In this document: piece by piece, positions 17,781 through 28,300 of the stretch | Numbering within the stretch: the stretch's first letter is position 1 | Layout of the letters: every line of letters starts with the position of its first letter | Assembly (NCBI GenBank): GCA_023251795.1 | Contig: JAHEYD010000003.1 | Span: forward strand, 73,853-137,852 | Direction of reading: 5' to 3' | Source: Nitrosotalea sp. | GTDB lineage: Archaea > Thermoproteota > Nitrososphaeria > Nitrososphaerales > Nitrosopumilaceae | Length of the DNA: 64,000 bases | Made by a program: the position numbers and the translations under genes | Notes under the pieces: generated by a model | What the model saw: the letters and a program-made list of their open reading frames with translations, nothing else | What the model was told of the DNA's origin: nothing | The model's database searches: none

Positions 17781-17971
17781 AGCACAATTTCTACAGGACG
17801 AGTCGCAGTCTGATTCATTGTGTTGCTACGTGCCGAGAGTGTCAGTGGAGAAATGATGATTACTTAAAAGCATCCCGCGCTGCGACCCGTCATGTTAGTG
17901 AGACGGGTCACGCAGTTAACGTTGACCAAGGAATTGTATATTCCGTTTTACCGGTAAAGGCGGAAGTATGA
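17777..17971 (+). CDS. hypothetical Cys/His protein
   Basis: ORF 17756..17971. GTG 17777 follows GGGAAAGG. Confidence 0.4.
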   Translation: MKHNFYRTSRSLIHCVATCRECQWRNDDYLKASRAATRHVSETGHAVNVDQGIVYSVLPVKAEV

Positions 17972-18201
17972 GTTGCCCAAAGTGTGATGAACTCAGAGAA
18001 GTTATTGAAGAACTTATCGCTGCTGGTGACAGTTTTAGATTTATTGGTAGTTTGCCATCATATGCAAAGGACCGTTGGGATGAAGCTAGGAAGTTGTCAA
18101 AGACGGTAGAGAAAAGACAAAAGATAAGTGAAATACTTGACCAAACAAACAGAATGATAAATGAAGAAGATATAAATAGCTCTAGGAATTGGGGAGCTTA
18201 A
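17968..18201 (+). CDS. hypothetical protein
   Basis: ORF track. ATGA overlap. Confidence 0.45.
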   Translation: MSCPKCDELREVIEELIAAGDSFRFIGSLPSYAKDRWDEARKLSKTVEKRQKISEILDQTNRMINEEDINSSRNWGA

Positions 18202-18303
18202 GATGTTTAAAGGGTGCATTTTGTTTGTGGTTATCTTTTATTTTATAGCGGTCGCGTACCTATCTATTGGGTCTATGGTTTATTTAGTGGATAAATTTTA
18301 TAC

Positions 18304-18534
18304 ATGGTTAGGAAAATGATCAAACTTCTGAGGTTCATACGCGAGCTTTTTGAAACCCCGTATTGCGAGGTTTGCGGGGCCAAGATGATACCGGATGGGT
18401 GTGGTTTTTATGGTGGTTGGGAATGCCCGGTAGACGAATTTCATAGCAGATGCAAAGTTTGCGGGATCTGGAATAGAGAAGGTTACAATAAAGAAATCTG
18501 TGAAATGTGTAAGAGGAGACATTATGAGTGGTGA
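18304..18534 (+). CDS. small zinc-ribbon protein
   Basis: Four CxxC-type pairs (CEVC, CKVC, CEMC). Confidence 0.45.
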   Translation: MVRKMIKLLRFIRELFETPYCEVCGAKMIPDGCGFYGGWECPVDEFHSRCKVCGIWNREGYNKEICEMCKRRHYEW

Positions 18535-19078
18535 TAGTAAGATGAGCAAAATTCATTCTGCACCTAAGGATGAAGAGGGTGTAACCCCGTGTTGTGGAAG
18601 GTCCCCATTTGATCTTCCACTGACGGACCGGCTTACTAACATCCGTAGCTTGGTTACTTGCCATTCTGAGGCCGTTAGATACCAGAATAATAATCTTGAC
18701 GGTTTATTGGAGTGGTTGAAAGAAGATACCGAGGAAAACGGAGCGTTCGTAACTGGTACTGGTACCCACCCACGTCAAGAGACGTTGAGTGAGGAAGTAT
18801 TGAAAACGGCAAAGAACATAGTTGGTGGGTTTAGGCAAAGCGGGATCAGGGAAAGAAATTTTGGTGAGATAGCAAAGGTATGGAACGTAATATTAAGTAG
18901 TAAATTGAAAATGGCTGGCAGTATTGATGCTCATGATATTGCCCTTTGCATGGTTGGTTTGAAGCTTATTCGAGAAGTTGACCATGCGAAGGTCGATAAC
19001 TGTGTTGACGGGGCTGGTTACTTTGCTCTTGCTGCGGAAGAGGCTGAAAAAGAAAGGAAGGAACATGGGGTTTTTTGA
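18523..19078 (+). CDS. hypothetical protein, DUF6378-like C-terminus
   Basis: RBS AGGAGA before ATG 18523. FGEIAKVW...DIALCMVGLKLIRE...D..VDGAGYFAL pattern, recalled from memory. Confidence 0.45.
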
Positions 19079-19400
19079 TTGGATATTGGTAGTAACGGTT
19101 TATCTGTTGATCGGCGTAATTTGTGGTGGCGTGATATCATTTTGGAAAAGGTTCCACCCGGCGTTAAGTAACCTAGAATTGAATAACAGTTTGAGTGATG
19201 GGGTAATCATTGTCTTGGTGCTAACGTGGGCCGTATCGATACCATTGATCATCTTTTTCAATTTAATATTAATAATGTTAGATGTGTTGGTTTCAGCTTC
19301 AAGACATATCGAGAAGGAACTATTGGATCGGGACTTCAAGAAGAGAATGTCGAAAACTTGTAAAGCGTACGATTCGTTAATGGGGAAATTAAGAGGGTGA
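19065..19400 (+). CDS. membrane protein
   Basis: Start MGFFDWILVVTVYLLIG after AAGGAAGG. Three hydrophobic helices. Confidence 0.45.
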   Translation: MGFFDWILVVTVYLLIGVICGGVISFWKRFHPALSNLELNNSLSDGVIIVLVLTWAVSIPLIIFFNLILIMLDVLVSASRHIEKELLDRDFKKRMSKTCKAYDSLMGKLRG

Positions 19401-19402
19401 GT

Positions 19403-19894
19403 ATGGAATGGTCAACTTGTGAGGATTGTGGTGTTACTGTTCGTTCTTTGTCTGAGCATGAATGTAAGAAGGTTGACTTGCTTTTTCTTTTAGACAACGC
19501 TAGGGAAGACATAATTAGGTTGAGAGAAAAGTTAGAAAAAAGGAAAGGCTTAAACGAATGCTCAGCGGAATGTTTCAAAGCCAATGAGAAATGGCACCAC
19601 GATCTAGTAACCGGAAAGAGGCTTGATAGAAACAAAGGCGAGCTTTTCATGTTAATGGTATCCGAGATTTCTGAAGCTATGGAAGGCGAGCGGAAGAATT
19701 TAATGGATGATAAGCTGCCGCACAGAAGAATGGTTGAGGTTGAACTTGCGGACCTATTAATTAGGGTGTTCGATTACGCTGGTGAGTTTGGTCTTGATTT
19801 GGAGGGTGCTTACAGCGAGAAAATGAAGTACAATGCACACAGAGAAGACCATACTAGAGAATCACGTTTGAAAGAAAACGGAAAGAAGTGGTAA
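19403..19894 (+). CDS. MazG-like nucleotide pyrophosphohydrolase
   Basis: ELFMLMVSEISEAMEGERK...EVELADLLIRVFDYA...KMKYNAHRED is the all-alpha NTP-PPase pattern. Confidence 0.7.
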   Translation: MEWSTCEDCGVTVRSLSEHECKKVDLLFLLDNAREDIIRLREKLEKRKGLNECSAECFKANEKWHHDLVTGKRLDRNKGELFMLMVSEISEAMEGERKNLMDDKLPHRRMVEVELADLLIRVFDYAGEFGLDLEGAYSEKMKYNAHREDHTRESRLKENGKKW

Positions 19895-20802
19895 TGTCAG
19901 CCAAAGTTTTATTAGTAGACGGCACACAGGTCCTTTATAGATCAGCGTATGCTACCGGTTACAAATTGGGGTCAAAAGAGCCGGTTTTTGGCCCAACAAC
20001 CATAGCAACGTGCCTTGGCATTATAAGGTCAATAGCTTGGAAGTTTCTCCCGAAGAGTGTTTATGTAGTGTGGGACGGTGGCCGGTCCGAGCGTAGAATG
20101 CAGTTGCTCCCGACTTATAAAAGTGGTAGGAGGGAGCTTACTGAGGAAGTAAAAGTTTCGATGTTGGACGATATACTGTCCATTTCTAGTATTTTAGAGA
20201 AAATTTGCTGCCGAGTTACTATTTTAACAAGTAGAGAAGCGGATGATTTGATTTCTTACTTGTCGAAGAGATTCATCAACCCGATAATAATATCTGACGA
20301 CACAGATTACATGCAGTTAATTCAGTATGGAGTCAGTGTTTATAGGCCAACATCTGATTCATTTGTTTCGAAGCTTACTTTTAAAAACAAATTTGGGGTT
20401 GAACCGGAATCATACCTAATATACAAAGCTTTGGTTGGCGACGATTCTGATTCTATTGAAGGTATTAAAGGTATCGGGCCAGTTTACGCGAAGTCAATTT
20501 TATCAACTAATCCCCCTATTGCTACTGTCAAGGAATTGAGTGAGAATGCCGAAAGAGAAGACGTTAAAAAGAGAATTTCACAGCTTGTATTGACAAACCT
20601 TCCGACCATTGAGAGGAATGTTCAACTGTTAGATACTTCTTTTGAAATCTTAACGAGTCAAGAGGTCATTTTGATAGAGAATAGTATGAATTCGGATGTT
20701 AAATTTGATGAATCGGTGGTATATGACCTTGAGAGAGTTGGGTTATCTTGGATAACAGAACATTTTACTCAATGGAGTTCCCCTTTCCGTCGTTTAATAT
20801 AG
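19894..20802 (+). CDS. 5'-3' exonuclease / flap endonuclease
   Basis: LLVDGT.VLYRS...WDGG...YK..R...EADD...SDDTDY.QL...VGDDSDSIEGIKGIG motifs. Confidence 0.85.
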   Translation: MSAKVLLVDGTQVLYRSAYATGYKLGSKEPVFGPTTIATCLGIIRSIAWKFLPKSVYVVWDGGRSERRMQLLPTYKSGRRELTEEVKVSMLDDILSISSILEKICCRVTILTSREADDLISYLSKRFINPIIISDDTDYMQLIQYGVSVYRPTSDSFVSKLTFKNKFGVEPESYLIYKALVGDDSDSIEGIKGIGPVYAKSILSTNPPIATVKELSENAEREDVKKRISQLVLTNLPTIERNVQLLDTSFEILTSQEVILIENSMNSDVKFDESVVYDLERVGLSWITEHFTQWSSPFRRLI

Positions 20803-20821
20803 AATAAGGGAGGATTGTCCT

Positions 20822-23800
20822 GTGGAACTTTTTGGTTCTAATGTAACTTTTCGTCTTTCTAAAGATTTCGTATCACAATTTAAAAATGTCGCTCCGCCAT
20901 TCGGTTTTAATGGTCTTGGCGAGCTTACGTATATGAGAACGTATTCCAGAGTGAAGGATAATGGTGAAAAAGAGAAGTGGTATGAAACAGTTGAACGGGT
21001 AGTAAATGGTTGCTTCTCGATACAAAAGCGTTGGATAGACGGTAGGCATCTTGGTTGGTCCGAGGAAAAAGCTCAGAGATCAGCCGAAGAAATGTATAGA
21101 AGAATATTTCATATGAAATTCCTGCCGCCCGGAAGAGGGTTATGGGCGATGGGTTCATCAGTTATCGAAGAGAGAGGGTTATTTGCTAGTCTTTCGAATT
21201 GTGGTTTTGTCAGCACAGTAAATATGTCAACCAACCCCGTATCCCCATTCTCTTTTATGATGGATGCCGTAATGCTTGGGGTTGGGGTCGGATTTGATAC
21301 TAAGGGCGCTGGTACTGCGAAAGTTTACAAACCAAATGGGTACGTATATGGGTACAATATAGGTGACTCCCGAGAAGGGTGGGTAGATTCGGTCAGTCTT
21401 TTATTGGGTTCCTTCTTTTTCCGTGACTCTGGGAAGCCTTTGTTTGATTATTCGAATATTAGACCAGCGGGCAGCCCAATCAAGGGCTTCGGAGGTACCG
21501 CCGCTGGCCCGGAAGGGCTACTCCGAGCGCACGTTGACATAGAGAAGTGTATACTGGAATTTTTGGGCGATGAAACTGAAAAAGTAATTACTGAAAACCT
21601 AATTGTCGATCTTATGAACTTAGTAGGTAGGGCGGTTGTTTCCGGTGGTGTTCGACGCTCCGCACAAATAGCTCTTGGTATGGACTCTGATGAATATTTA
21701 GACTTGAAGGATTACAGTAAGAACCCGCATCGCATTGAATATGGGTGGACTTCCAATAATTCTATTTTTGCCGAAGTCGGTCAGGACTATTCTAGGATAG
21801 TTGACCGGATTAAAACAAATGGTGAGCCGGGTATTGTTTGGCTAAAAAACGCGAAGAATTATTCAAGGATGGGTTCTACCCCAGACTTCAAAGATGAATC
21901 TGTGGCTGGATGTAACCCATGTTTCCACCCTGACACTAGAATTTCAACTAACAGGGGACTTGTTTGTATAAAAGATCTGGAATCGGAAGTATTGGTGCAG
22001 TCTAATGATGGTATAATGAGGAGAGGATTGGTCTTTCCGACTGGTATTAAAGAAGTATTAGAAATACATACTAAACATGGTAGGCTATTAAAGGTTACTG
22101 AGAATCATCAAATAATGACATCTAGAGGTTGGGTTGAGGCTGCACAATTAACAGAATCCGACCAATTAATACTGCAAAATTCTGTTGGAATGTTTGGTGG
22201 AAAATCTAATATACCATTGGATTTATTTAAGGTTTTTGGTTGGTTGGTTGGTGATGGATATATTAGTAACGGACGACCACACGCGGTGTTTGGGAAAGAT
22301 GATAATGATTGTAAGTTGGAAATAGAGCGTATTTTATTATTGAATGGGTATAAATTTAATTCGTTCAAACAAACAAGTGGTAGTGTTGGAGAAAACCCGT
22401 ATAGAATGACTATAAGTAAAAAATTTATGGGGCTTGGTGATTACCATTGTACAGAGGGAGTTAAGGCAAGTGTCAAAGTAATACCGGACGCTGTGTTCAG
22501 ATCATCCATGGATGAACAATTGGCATTTTTATCGGGGTTATTTTCAGCGGATGGAACCGTTAATATTAGGGAAGGGAAAAGTTTTGATTTAAGACTTGCT
22601 AGTTCATCTATTGAATTATTGAGGGGTGTACAGTTAATTCTTAGTAACATGGGAATATTATCAAAAATTTACCAGAATAGACAGAATAGAAATGCAAATA
22701 AATTTACATACACAACAGTTTCTGGGGAGTTTAGAGAATATGAATCTAAGAATTACCACGACTTAATTGTTAATGGGGAAAGTTTAAGATTACTAAAACT
22801 GAATTTGATTCGCATTGGTATGGTTTCATCTAGAAAATCGTCGAAACTAGAATTAATATCAGATGAATTCGATAATTATGGTCATAATAGATTTGTAGAT
22901 ACAGTTAAAGAAATTGTAAGAAATGGTGAAGTAGTTACTGTGTACGATGTTTCTGAGCCAGAAACTAATAGTTTGACTGCTAATGGGGTAATAGTTCATA
23001 ACTGTGGTGAGCAGTTCTTGAATTCCTATGAATTATGTTGCTTAGTGGAATCATTCCCTGAAAAACATGAATCCAAAGACGATTTCCTTACTACGTTGAA
23101 ATACGCTTATCTCTACGCGAAGACCGTAACTTTATGCCCGACCCATTGGCCGGAAACTAACAGGGTAATGTTGAAAAACCGGCGTATTGGGTGCTCAATT
23201 TCTGGTGTGGCTCAGTTCATTTCTCGTAAGGGTTTACCAACTTTGATTGATTGGTGCAATTCTGGGTATTCGTATCTAACGAGGCTGGATTGCAAATATA
23301 GTGATTGGTTTACTATCCCGCGTTCCATCAAAATGACAACTGTTAAACCGAGTGGGTCTGTCTCGTTATTGGCTGGTGTCACTCCGGGAATGCATTTCCC
23401 AGAATCCCGGTTTTACATAAGGCGGATAAGATTGTCTAGTCATTCCGATTTGGTTCAGCCAATAATTGATGCTGGTTATTATGTTGAACCGTCTGCTGAA
23501 GACCCCCAAGCTGTGGTTGTGGAAATACCGGTTGATTCTGGCGATGGGATAAGGTCTGCTAGTGAAGTTTCGATGTGGGAACAACTAAATATAGCAGCGA
23601 TGTTGCAAAGGTATTGGAGTGACAATTCAGTATCGGTCACTGTCACCTTTGACCCAGACGCTGAGGTTGATCAGGTAAAGCACGCTATAGAATATTTTCA
23701 GTATAACTTGAAATCGGTGTCGTTTTTACCAAGAGTAAAGAATGGGGCGTATCAACAAATGCCGTATGAAACTATAACCAGGGAGAAATATGAAGAAATG

Positions 23801-23899
23801 AAATCTCGAATCCTGCCGATAAATTTTGAATCTGTTAATTCCGAAGCAGAAGTGGAAAAATATTGCACTTCTGACGTTTGCGAGGTTAAAATTGGATAA
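20822..23899 (+). CDS. nrdJ: class II (adenosylcobalamin-dependent) ribonucleotide reductase interrupted by an intein
   Basis: GTG start after AAGGGAGG. The FGFNGLGELTYMRTYSR N-terminus is typical of monomeric-type NrdJ. The catalytic NP|C...HN|CGE motif is split by the intein. Confidence 0.8.
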   Translation: MELFGSNVTFRLSKDFVSQFKNVAPPFGFNGLGELTYMRTYSRVKDNGEKEKWYETVERVVNGCFSIQKRWIDGRHLGWSEEKAQRSAEEMYRRIFHMKFLPPGRGLWAMGSSVIEERGLFASLSNCGFVSTVNMSTNPVSPFSFMMDAVMLGVGVGFDTKGAGTAKVYKPNGYVYGYNIGDSREGWVDSVSLLLGSFFFRDSGKPLFDYSNIRPAGSPIKGFGGTAAGPEGLLRAHVDIEKCILEFLGDETEKVITENLIVDLMNLVGRAVVSGGVRRSAQIALGMDSDEYLDLKDYSKNPHRIEYGWTSNNSIFAEVGQDYSRIVDRIKTNGEPGIVWLKNAKNYSRMGSTPDFKDESVAGCNPCFHPDTRISTNRGLVCIKDLESEVLVQSNDGIMRRGLVFPTGIKEVLEIHTKHGRLLKVTENHQIMTSRGWVEAAQLTESDQLILQNSVGMFGGKSNIPLDLFKVFGWLVGDGYISNGRPHAVFGKDDNDCKLEIERILLLNGYKFNSFKQTSGSVGENPYRMTISKKFMGLGDYHCTEGVKASVKVIPDAVFRSSMDEQLAFLSGLFSADGTVNIREGKSFDLRLASSSIELLRGVQLILSNMGILSKIYQNRQNRNANKFTYTTVSGEFREYESKNYHDLIVNGESLRLLKLNLIRIGMVSSRKSSKLELISDEFDNYGHNRFVDTVKEIVRNGEVVTVYDVSEPETNSLTANGVIVHNCGEQFLNSYELCCLVESFPEKHESKDDFLTTLKYAYLYAKTVTLCPTHWPETNRVMLKNRRIGCSISGVAQFISRKGLPTLIDWCNSGYSYLTRLDCKYSDWFTIPRSIKMTTVKPSGSVSLLAGVTPGMHFPESRFYIRRIRLSSHSDLVQPIIDAGYYVEPSAEDPQAVVVEIPVDSGDGIRSASEVSMWEQLNIAAMLQRYWSDNSVSVTVTFDPDAEVDQVKHAIEYFQYNLKSVSFLPRVKNGAYQQMPYETITREKYEEMKSRILPINFESVNSEAEVEKYCTSDVCEVKIG
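21920..23002 (+). mobile_element. intein (361 aa) with LAGLIDADG endonuclease
   Basis: CFHPDTRIST (block A), TENH (block B), WLVGDGY and LSGLFSADGT (LAGLIDADG), VIVHN|C. Confidence 0.85.
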
Positions 23900-24060
23900 A
23901 TTACTTAGCTATTCTTTGGATAACAACGGGGCGACGGCTCTAATGTTGAATGAGACTGGCGAACACCCAACTCCTCCTGATGATAGGAATGGATGGACAG
24001 TAAAGAAGAAAGAAAAAGTTGGTAATGTTTACCATTTTACTTGGTTCCTCAAGAAATAAC

Positions 24061-24091
24061 TTGACGGAAAATACATATTTTAGTTTACAAT
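24061..24091 (+). promoter_or_regulatory. weaker sigma70-type promoter
   Basis: TTGACG 24061-24066, 19 nt, TACAAT 24086-24091. Confidence 0.35.
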
Positions 24092-24235
24092 GTGAGGGTT
24101 GGGTTAGGCGATGGGATCTTTGTGGATAATCCCGATAAGTGTTGGGATACTTGTGGTTTTCATTGGCGTGAAATTTGGCAACAAATGGGGCGAGGATTAA
24201 AGCCTCGTCCGTAAATATAGAACGGAGAGAGTGAA

Positions 24236-25318
24236 ATGACGGTTGCGGTTGACGTGATTACCGGAGCAGCATTCGGTAGTGAAGGAAAAGGACTAGCTGC
24301 TGAAATGATCGGTCGTAGATACAAGCACGATCTTATTGTATCAGTAAACAGTAGCCAAGCCGGGCATACATCGCCAGTATTCGAGAACGATAGTCTACTC
24401 GGTTATATGGTGACTAGACAGTTACCGGCTGCCGCGCTAGGGAATAGAACTGCGAAGGTGTTTTTGGCACCCGGTTCGGTAATCCGAGCCCATGTTCTGT
24501 TTGAGGAAATTGAACAGATTGAGAACCAGTTTAAGGTTCCAATCAGAAACAGGCTGTATGTTTCAGCTTTTGCTTCTGTGATTACTGACGAAGATATCCG
24601 TTACGAAGAAGAAGAAAAAATGTGGGAGAAGGGCGGATCAACTCAAGAAGGGGTTGGCCGTGCAGTTTCCCTAAGAGCGATAAGGAAAGGTGCTATTGTC
24701 CGGGACGTTCGTGATGAGTTTGCCCGACATGGTGTTCAGGTTATCGATGAAGTGGACCCTCTAGAATTGATAAGCACTCATTATACACTTGGGTCTATTC
24801 GCTCAGGAAACGTCCTTCTAGAAGGATCTCAGGGGTTTGGACTTTCCACTTTCTACAAATTCTACCCGTATTGCACTTCTAGACCAGCCACTACCGCCGG
24901 ATTTCTGGCAATGGCTAATTTGAGCCCGAAGCTTGTGCGCAATGTCTACGGAGTAACAAGAACGTTCCCGATAAGAGTGGCTGGAAATTCCGGACCGCTT
25001 CACGAAGAGCTTGATTGGGCGACTCTTTCAAAAGAAGCTGGTTACGATGATCTGACTGAAATTACGACAGTAACAAAGCGGATTCGCCGTATCGGCAGGT
25101 TCGATATGGACCTGTACAAGTCTGCGCTTGAAATAAATGGGATTACCCACCCAATTCTTACTTTTGCTAATTACCTTGGTAAGGAAAATGAAGGGGTCAC
25201 CACTTGGGAAGGCTTGACCGACAATGCAAAGAAATTTATACAAAATGTGGAAGCAGTTTCCGGTATAGGCTTTTGGGCTATTTCTACAGCTAAGAGCGGT
25301 GGATGGATTCTTAGTTAA
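24236..25318 (+). CDS. adenylosuccinate synthetase family protein (PurZ-like candidate)
   Basis: P-loop GAAFGSEGKG (canonical PurA has GDEGKG). AGHT, LLEGSQGFG...YPYCTS, RTFPIRV and TTVTKRIRRIGRFD are collinear with PurA motifs. Confidence 0.75.
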   Translation: MTVAVDVITGAAFGSEGKGLAAEMIGRRYKHDLIVSVNSSQAGHTSPVFENDSLLGYMVTRQLPAAALGNRTAKVFLAPGSVIRAHVLFEEIEQIENQFKVPIRNRLYVSAFASVITDEDIRYEEEEKMWEKGGSTQEGVGRAVSLRAIRKGAIVRDVRDEFARHGVQVIDEVDPLELISTHYTLGSIRSGNVLLEGSQGFGLSTFYKFYPYCTSRPATTAGFLAMANLSPKLVRNVYGVTRTFPIRVAGNSGPLHEELDWATLSKEAGYDDLTEITTVTKRIRRIGRFDMDLYKSALEINGITHPILTFANYLGKENEGVTTWEGLTDNAKKFIQNVEAVSGIGFWAISTAKSGGWILS

Positions 25319-28300
25319 TGAATTTTCTTGTACTTGGTGATTTACATGCTACACCTTTTGGTGAATTCAGTCGTTCGATAAACCAATCAGGCGATACAAC
25401 ACTTTCCCGGTCCATACTGGACACCGCAAGGTGGGTCCGAGAAGTATACGGCAAATCAAACGTCAGTTTGTTCATAAACAACGGTGATCATACTTCTACG
25501 CCCGGAAAGTTAGATTCCCCGACAATCCGGTTGCTCGAATTGATTGAGCAAGAATGGAAGTCAATAAAGAGGTTGTACAACATAGGGAATCACGATCTTG
25601 ATAACAAGGTCGGGTTGCACAACCTACATTTACATGCCGGGTATGACGATCTGACCGTAGTTGAACCAAACAAAGTAACGAAACTAGACGACAACGTATA
25701 TGTTGTGCCGTTTACTTATTCAATAGACAGACAAATAGAGCTTCTCAGGTCCATAGAAGACGGTTCGGTTGTAATTGTCCATACCCCGATAAAGGGGGTC
25801 CTCATGACCCCCGAAATATTCGAGGAGCACGGCGTACCGGCGGATGAATTTGGAAGGTTTGCGTTCACCATTGCGTCACATTACCATATACCGCAAATCA
25901 TATCGAAAACGTCTCACATAACACTTTCGAGCGAAACTTCTGGAATTCTTCCGGAAGGGTCTATCGTAGTTACTGGTACCCCGATTCCTCATTCCTTTGC
26001 TGACCAAAATTCGGTTTATGGTATTTGGCGTGTCGAGAGCGATAGCAGATATGTTGAATTTTTCGAAAACCCTCATGCCCCCGTGTACTTATCACGTAAA
26101 ATACAGTCCGACTCAGAAATCAAGAAAATAAAAGAGGAAATATCAGGGTACGGCGACCGTCGTGTATTTTTATCAATTTCTGCCCCAAAGAACGTGGCCG
26201 ATAAAATAGACCAAGATACTTTTGATGTTCAAAACGTAAGGATAAGAAGAGAAAAGCCGAAAGAGATTGAAGCGTTACCAAACAGAATGAAAATTGACGA
26301 TAACGCTTCGTTGATAAACAATATTAAGTCATATTTGAGGAAGATCAAGTCAGATTCCGTAGAGGAAATTTCTAATTACTTGTCGCCATTTATTTCTAAA
26401 CTACCGTCGGACGAGTCAACTTCAAACATAAACTTCCGACAATTAAACTTGAGAAATTTTATGTCTTGGGGAGAAGCCGAAGTAAGCTTTGACGGGTCTG
26501 GGCTGGTTTTAGTACAGGGTGTAAATAATGACACGGCGACAGCTAGTTCTAACGGGTCCGGTAAAACTTCTCTTTTGGAATCAATAATCTGGTGTTTGTT
26601 CGGTAATTCGTTCAGGAATTTTGATTCCAAAGATAGAATAATAAGGCAAGGTTCTAAGGGAGGGTGTTCAGTATCGTTGACGTTTGATATCAACGAGGAA
26701 ACGTACAGAGTAACGAGAACTAGAAAGTCGCCATCTACTGGAGTGACTGTTGAGAAATTGTCTGACGGTGTTTGGGTGGATATTTCTAGGGGGTCTATAC
26801 CCGCTACGGACGAGCAAATAAAACAGCTAACAGGGTACACGTTCGACACTTTTTCGGTTATTACTTTCTTTGGTTCTAGGTTCAATAACCAATTCTCAAT
26901 GATAGGTGATGCCGACAAGAAGAAGTTTTTGGGGTCGGTAGTAGGGATTATTCAATACTCAGAACTCCGTGATTTAGTAAGGGCTGAAATAGCGCCTGTA
27001 TCAAGAGAGCTAGATTCTACGGAAGCGAAGATAGAAATTCTAAGCAAAAAGTTGTTGGAATTTGAAGCTAGGTTGGTAGACGAAGAATTAGAAATAGAAA
27101 ACAAAAAGGCCGAAGATCTTAGAGAAATAGACGAATTAACCAAGAAGAGAAGGGTGTTAATATCGTCTTGTTCATCTATCGACAAGAATATAGAGAAAAT
27201 TGATTTTGACATTAATGAAATACAAAATAAGTTGTCTGCGTTTTCAAGTATTGAGGCAGAAAGGTCAAGGCTTGAATCTGAGCTTTCATCGTCAAAAGTA
27301 TTACTAAACAGATTATCAAGCGAAGCTTCGAGAGCGAAATCTAGACTATTCGTAGCTTCTGATAAGGTTAAAAATCTGGATACTAACTGCCCGACTTGTG
27401 GACAGTTGCTCCCGCAAGAGTCTGTTGATGCTGTGAAAGCAGAATTAATGGAATCAGTTGACAAAGCAGCTAAAGAGTTGACGGAAATATCTGCAAATAG
27501 GTCAGACGCGGAAGCGGTAGCTAAAGATAAAGAAAACAAAATCCAAGAATTCGATGATAACCACAAGAATGACAAAAAGTTAATATTCGGGTTGTCTTCA
27601 GAATTATATTCTATGAGATCTGATAAGAAAAACATAGAAAAGGAAAGACAGGATAAAAACGCTCAAGCAGCGTCTTTCTTAGCGAAAATAGAATCAATCA
27701 AAAACAACGATTACGAGAAATCAATAAACAACCTAAGGAAAACAGTAGAATCGACTTCTGATGAAATAAATGTCTTAACAGAGAAAAGTCTGTTGCTAGC
27801 AAAACAAAAGGAACTATCTAGCACTGCTGACAGGATACTATCACCACAGGGTATCATTTCTTACGTCCTAGACTCTGGCATAGGGCAATTAAATTCTTAC
27901 CTTGAGTACATATCTAACTTCATCTTTGGCGGTGATTACGTAATTTCTTTGGAGTCAACTAAAGAACTGCAAAAGGGCGGAGAAGAGAACAAAATAACGA
28001 TAAAGTATTCGACTCCTGCCGGTTCGTATTTGGCTTCTTCGGATGGAGAGCGCAGAAAAGCTGATATAGCGGTGTTTTTGGCAGTAAACTTTTTGGCTAG
28101 TGGGAACGGTAAAAGTTCTAACATACTAATTGCTGATGAGGCGTTGGATTCGTTAGACCACGTGGCGTCAAAATTCGTTGTAGACGCCATAAGTAAATTC
28201 GCTGAAGAAGAGTGTAAGAGAGTATTTTTGGTATCGCATTCTGATAACGTAGTCTCATGGGTGCCAGAAGTTATGGTTGTAGAAAGATCTTCTGGAATTT

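Noticed and set aside
24175-24206. Hairpin GGCGAGG-ATTAAAG-CCTCGTC as a terminator
   Set aside because: The stem is short and has a G:U pair, and there is no downstream T-tract.
26952-27635. 227-aa minus-strand ORF
   Set aside because: It is antisense to the Rad50-like coiled coil. Its Ser/Leu-rich composition is the mirror image of a Glu/Lys/Leu-rich coil, and it has no RBS.
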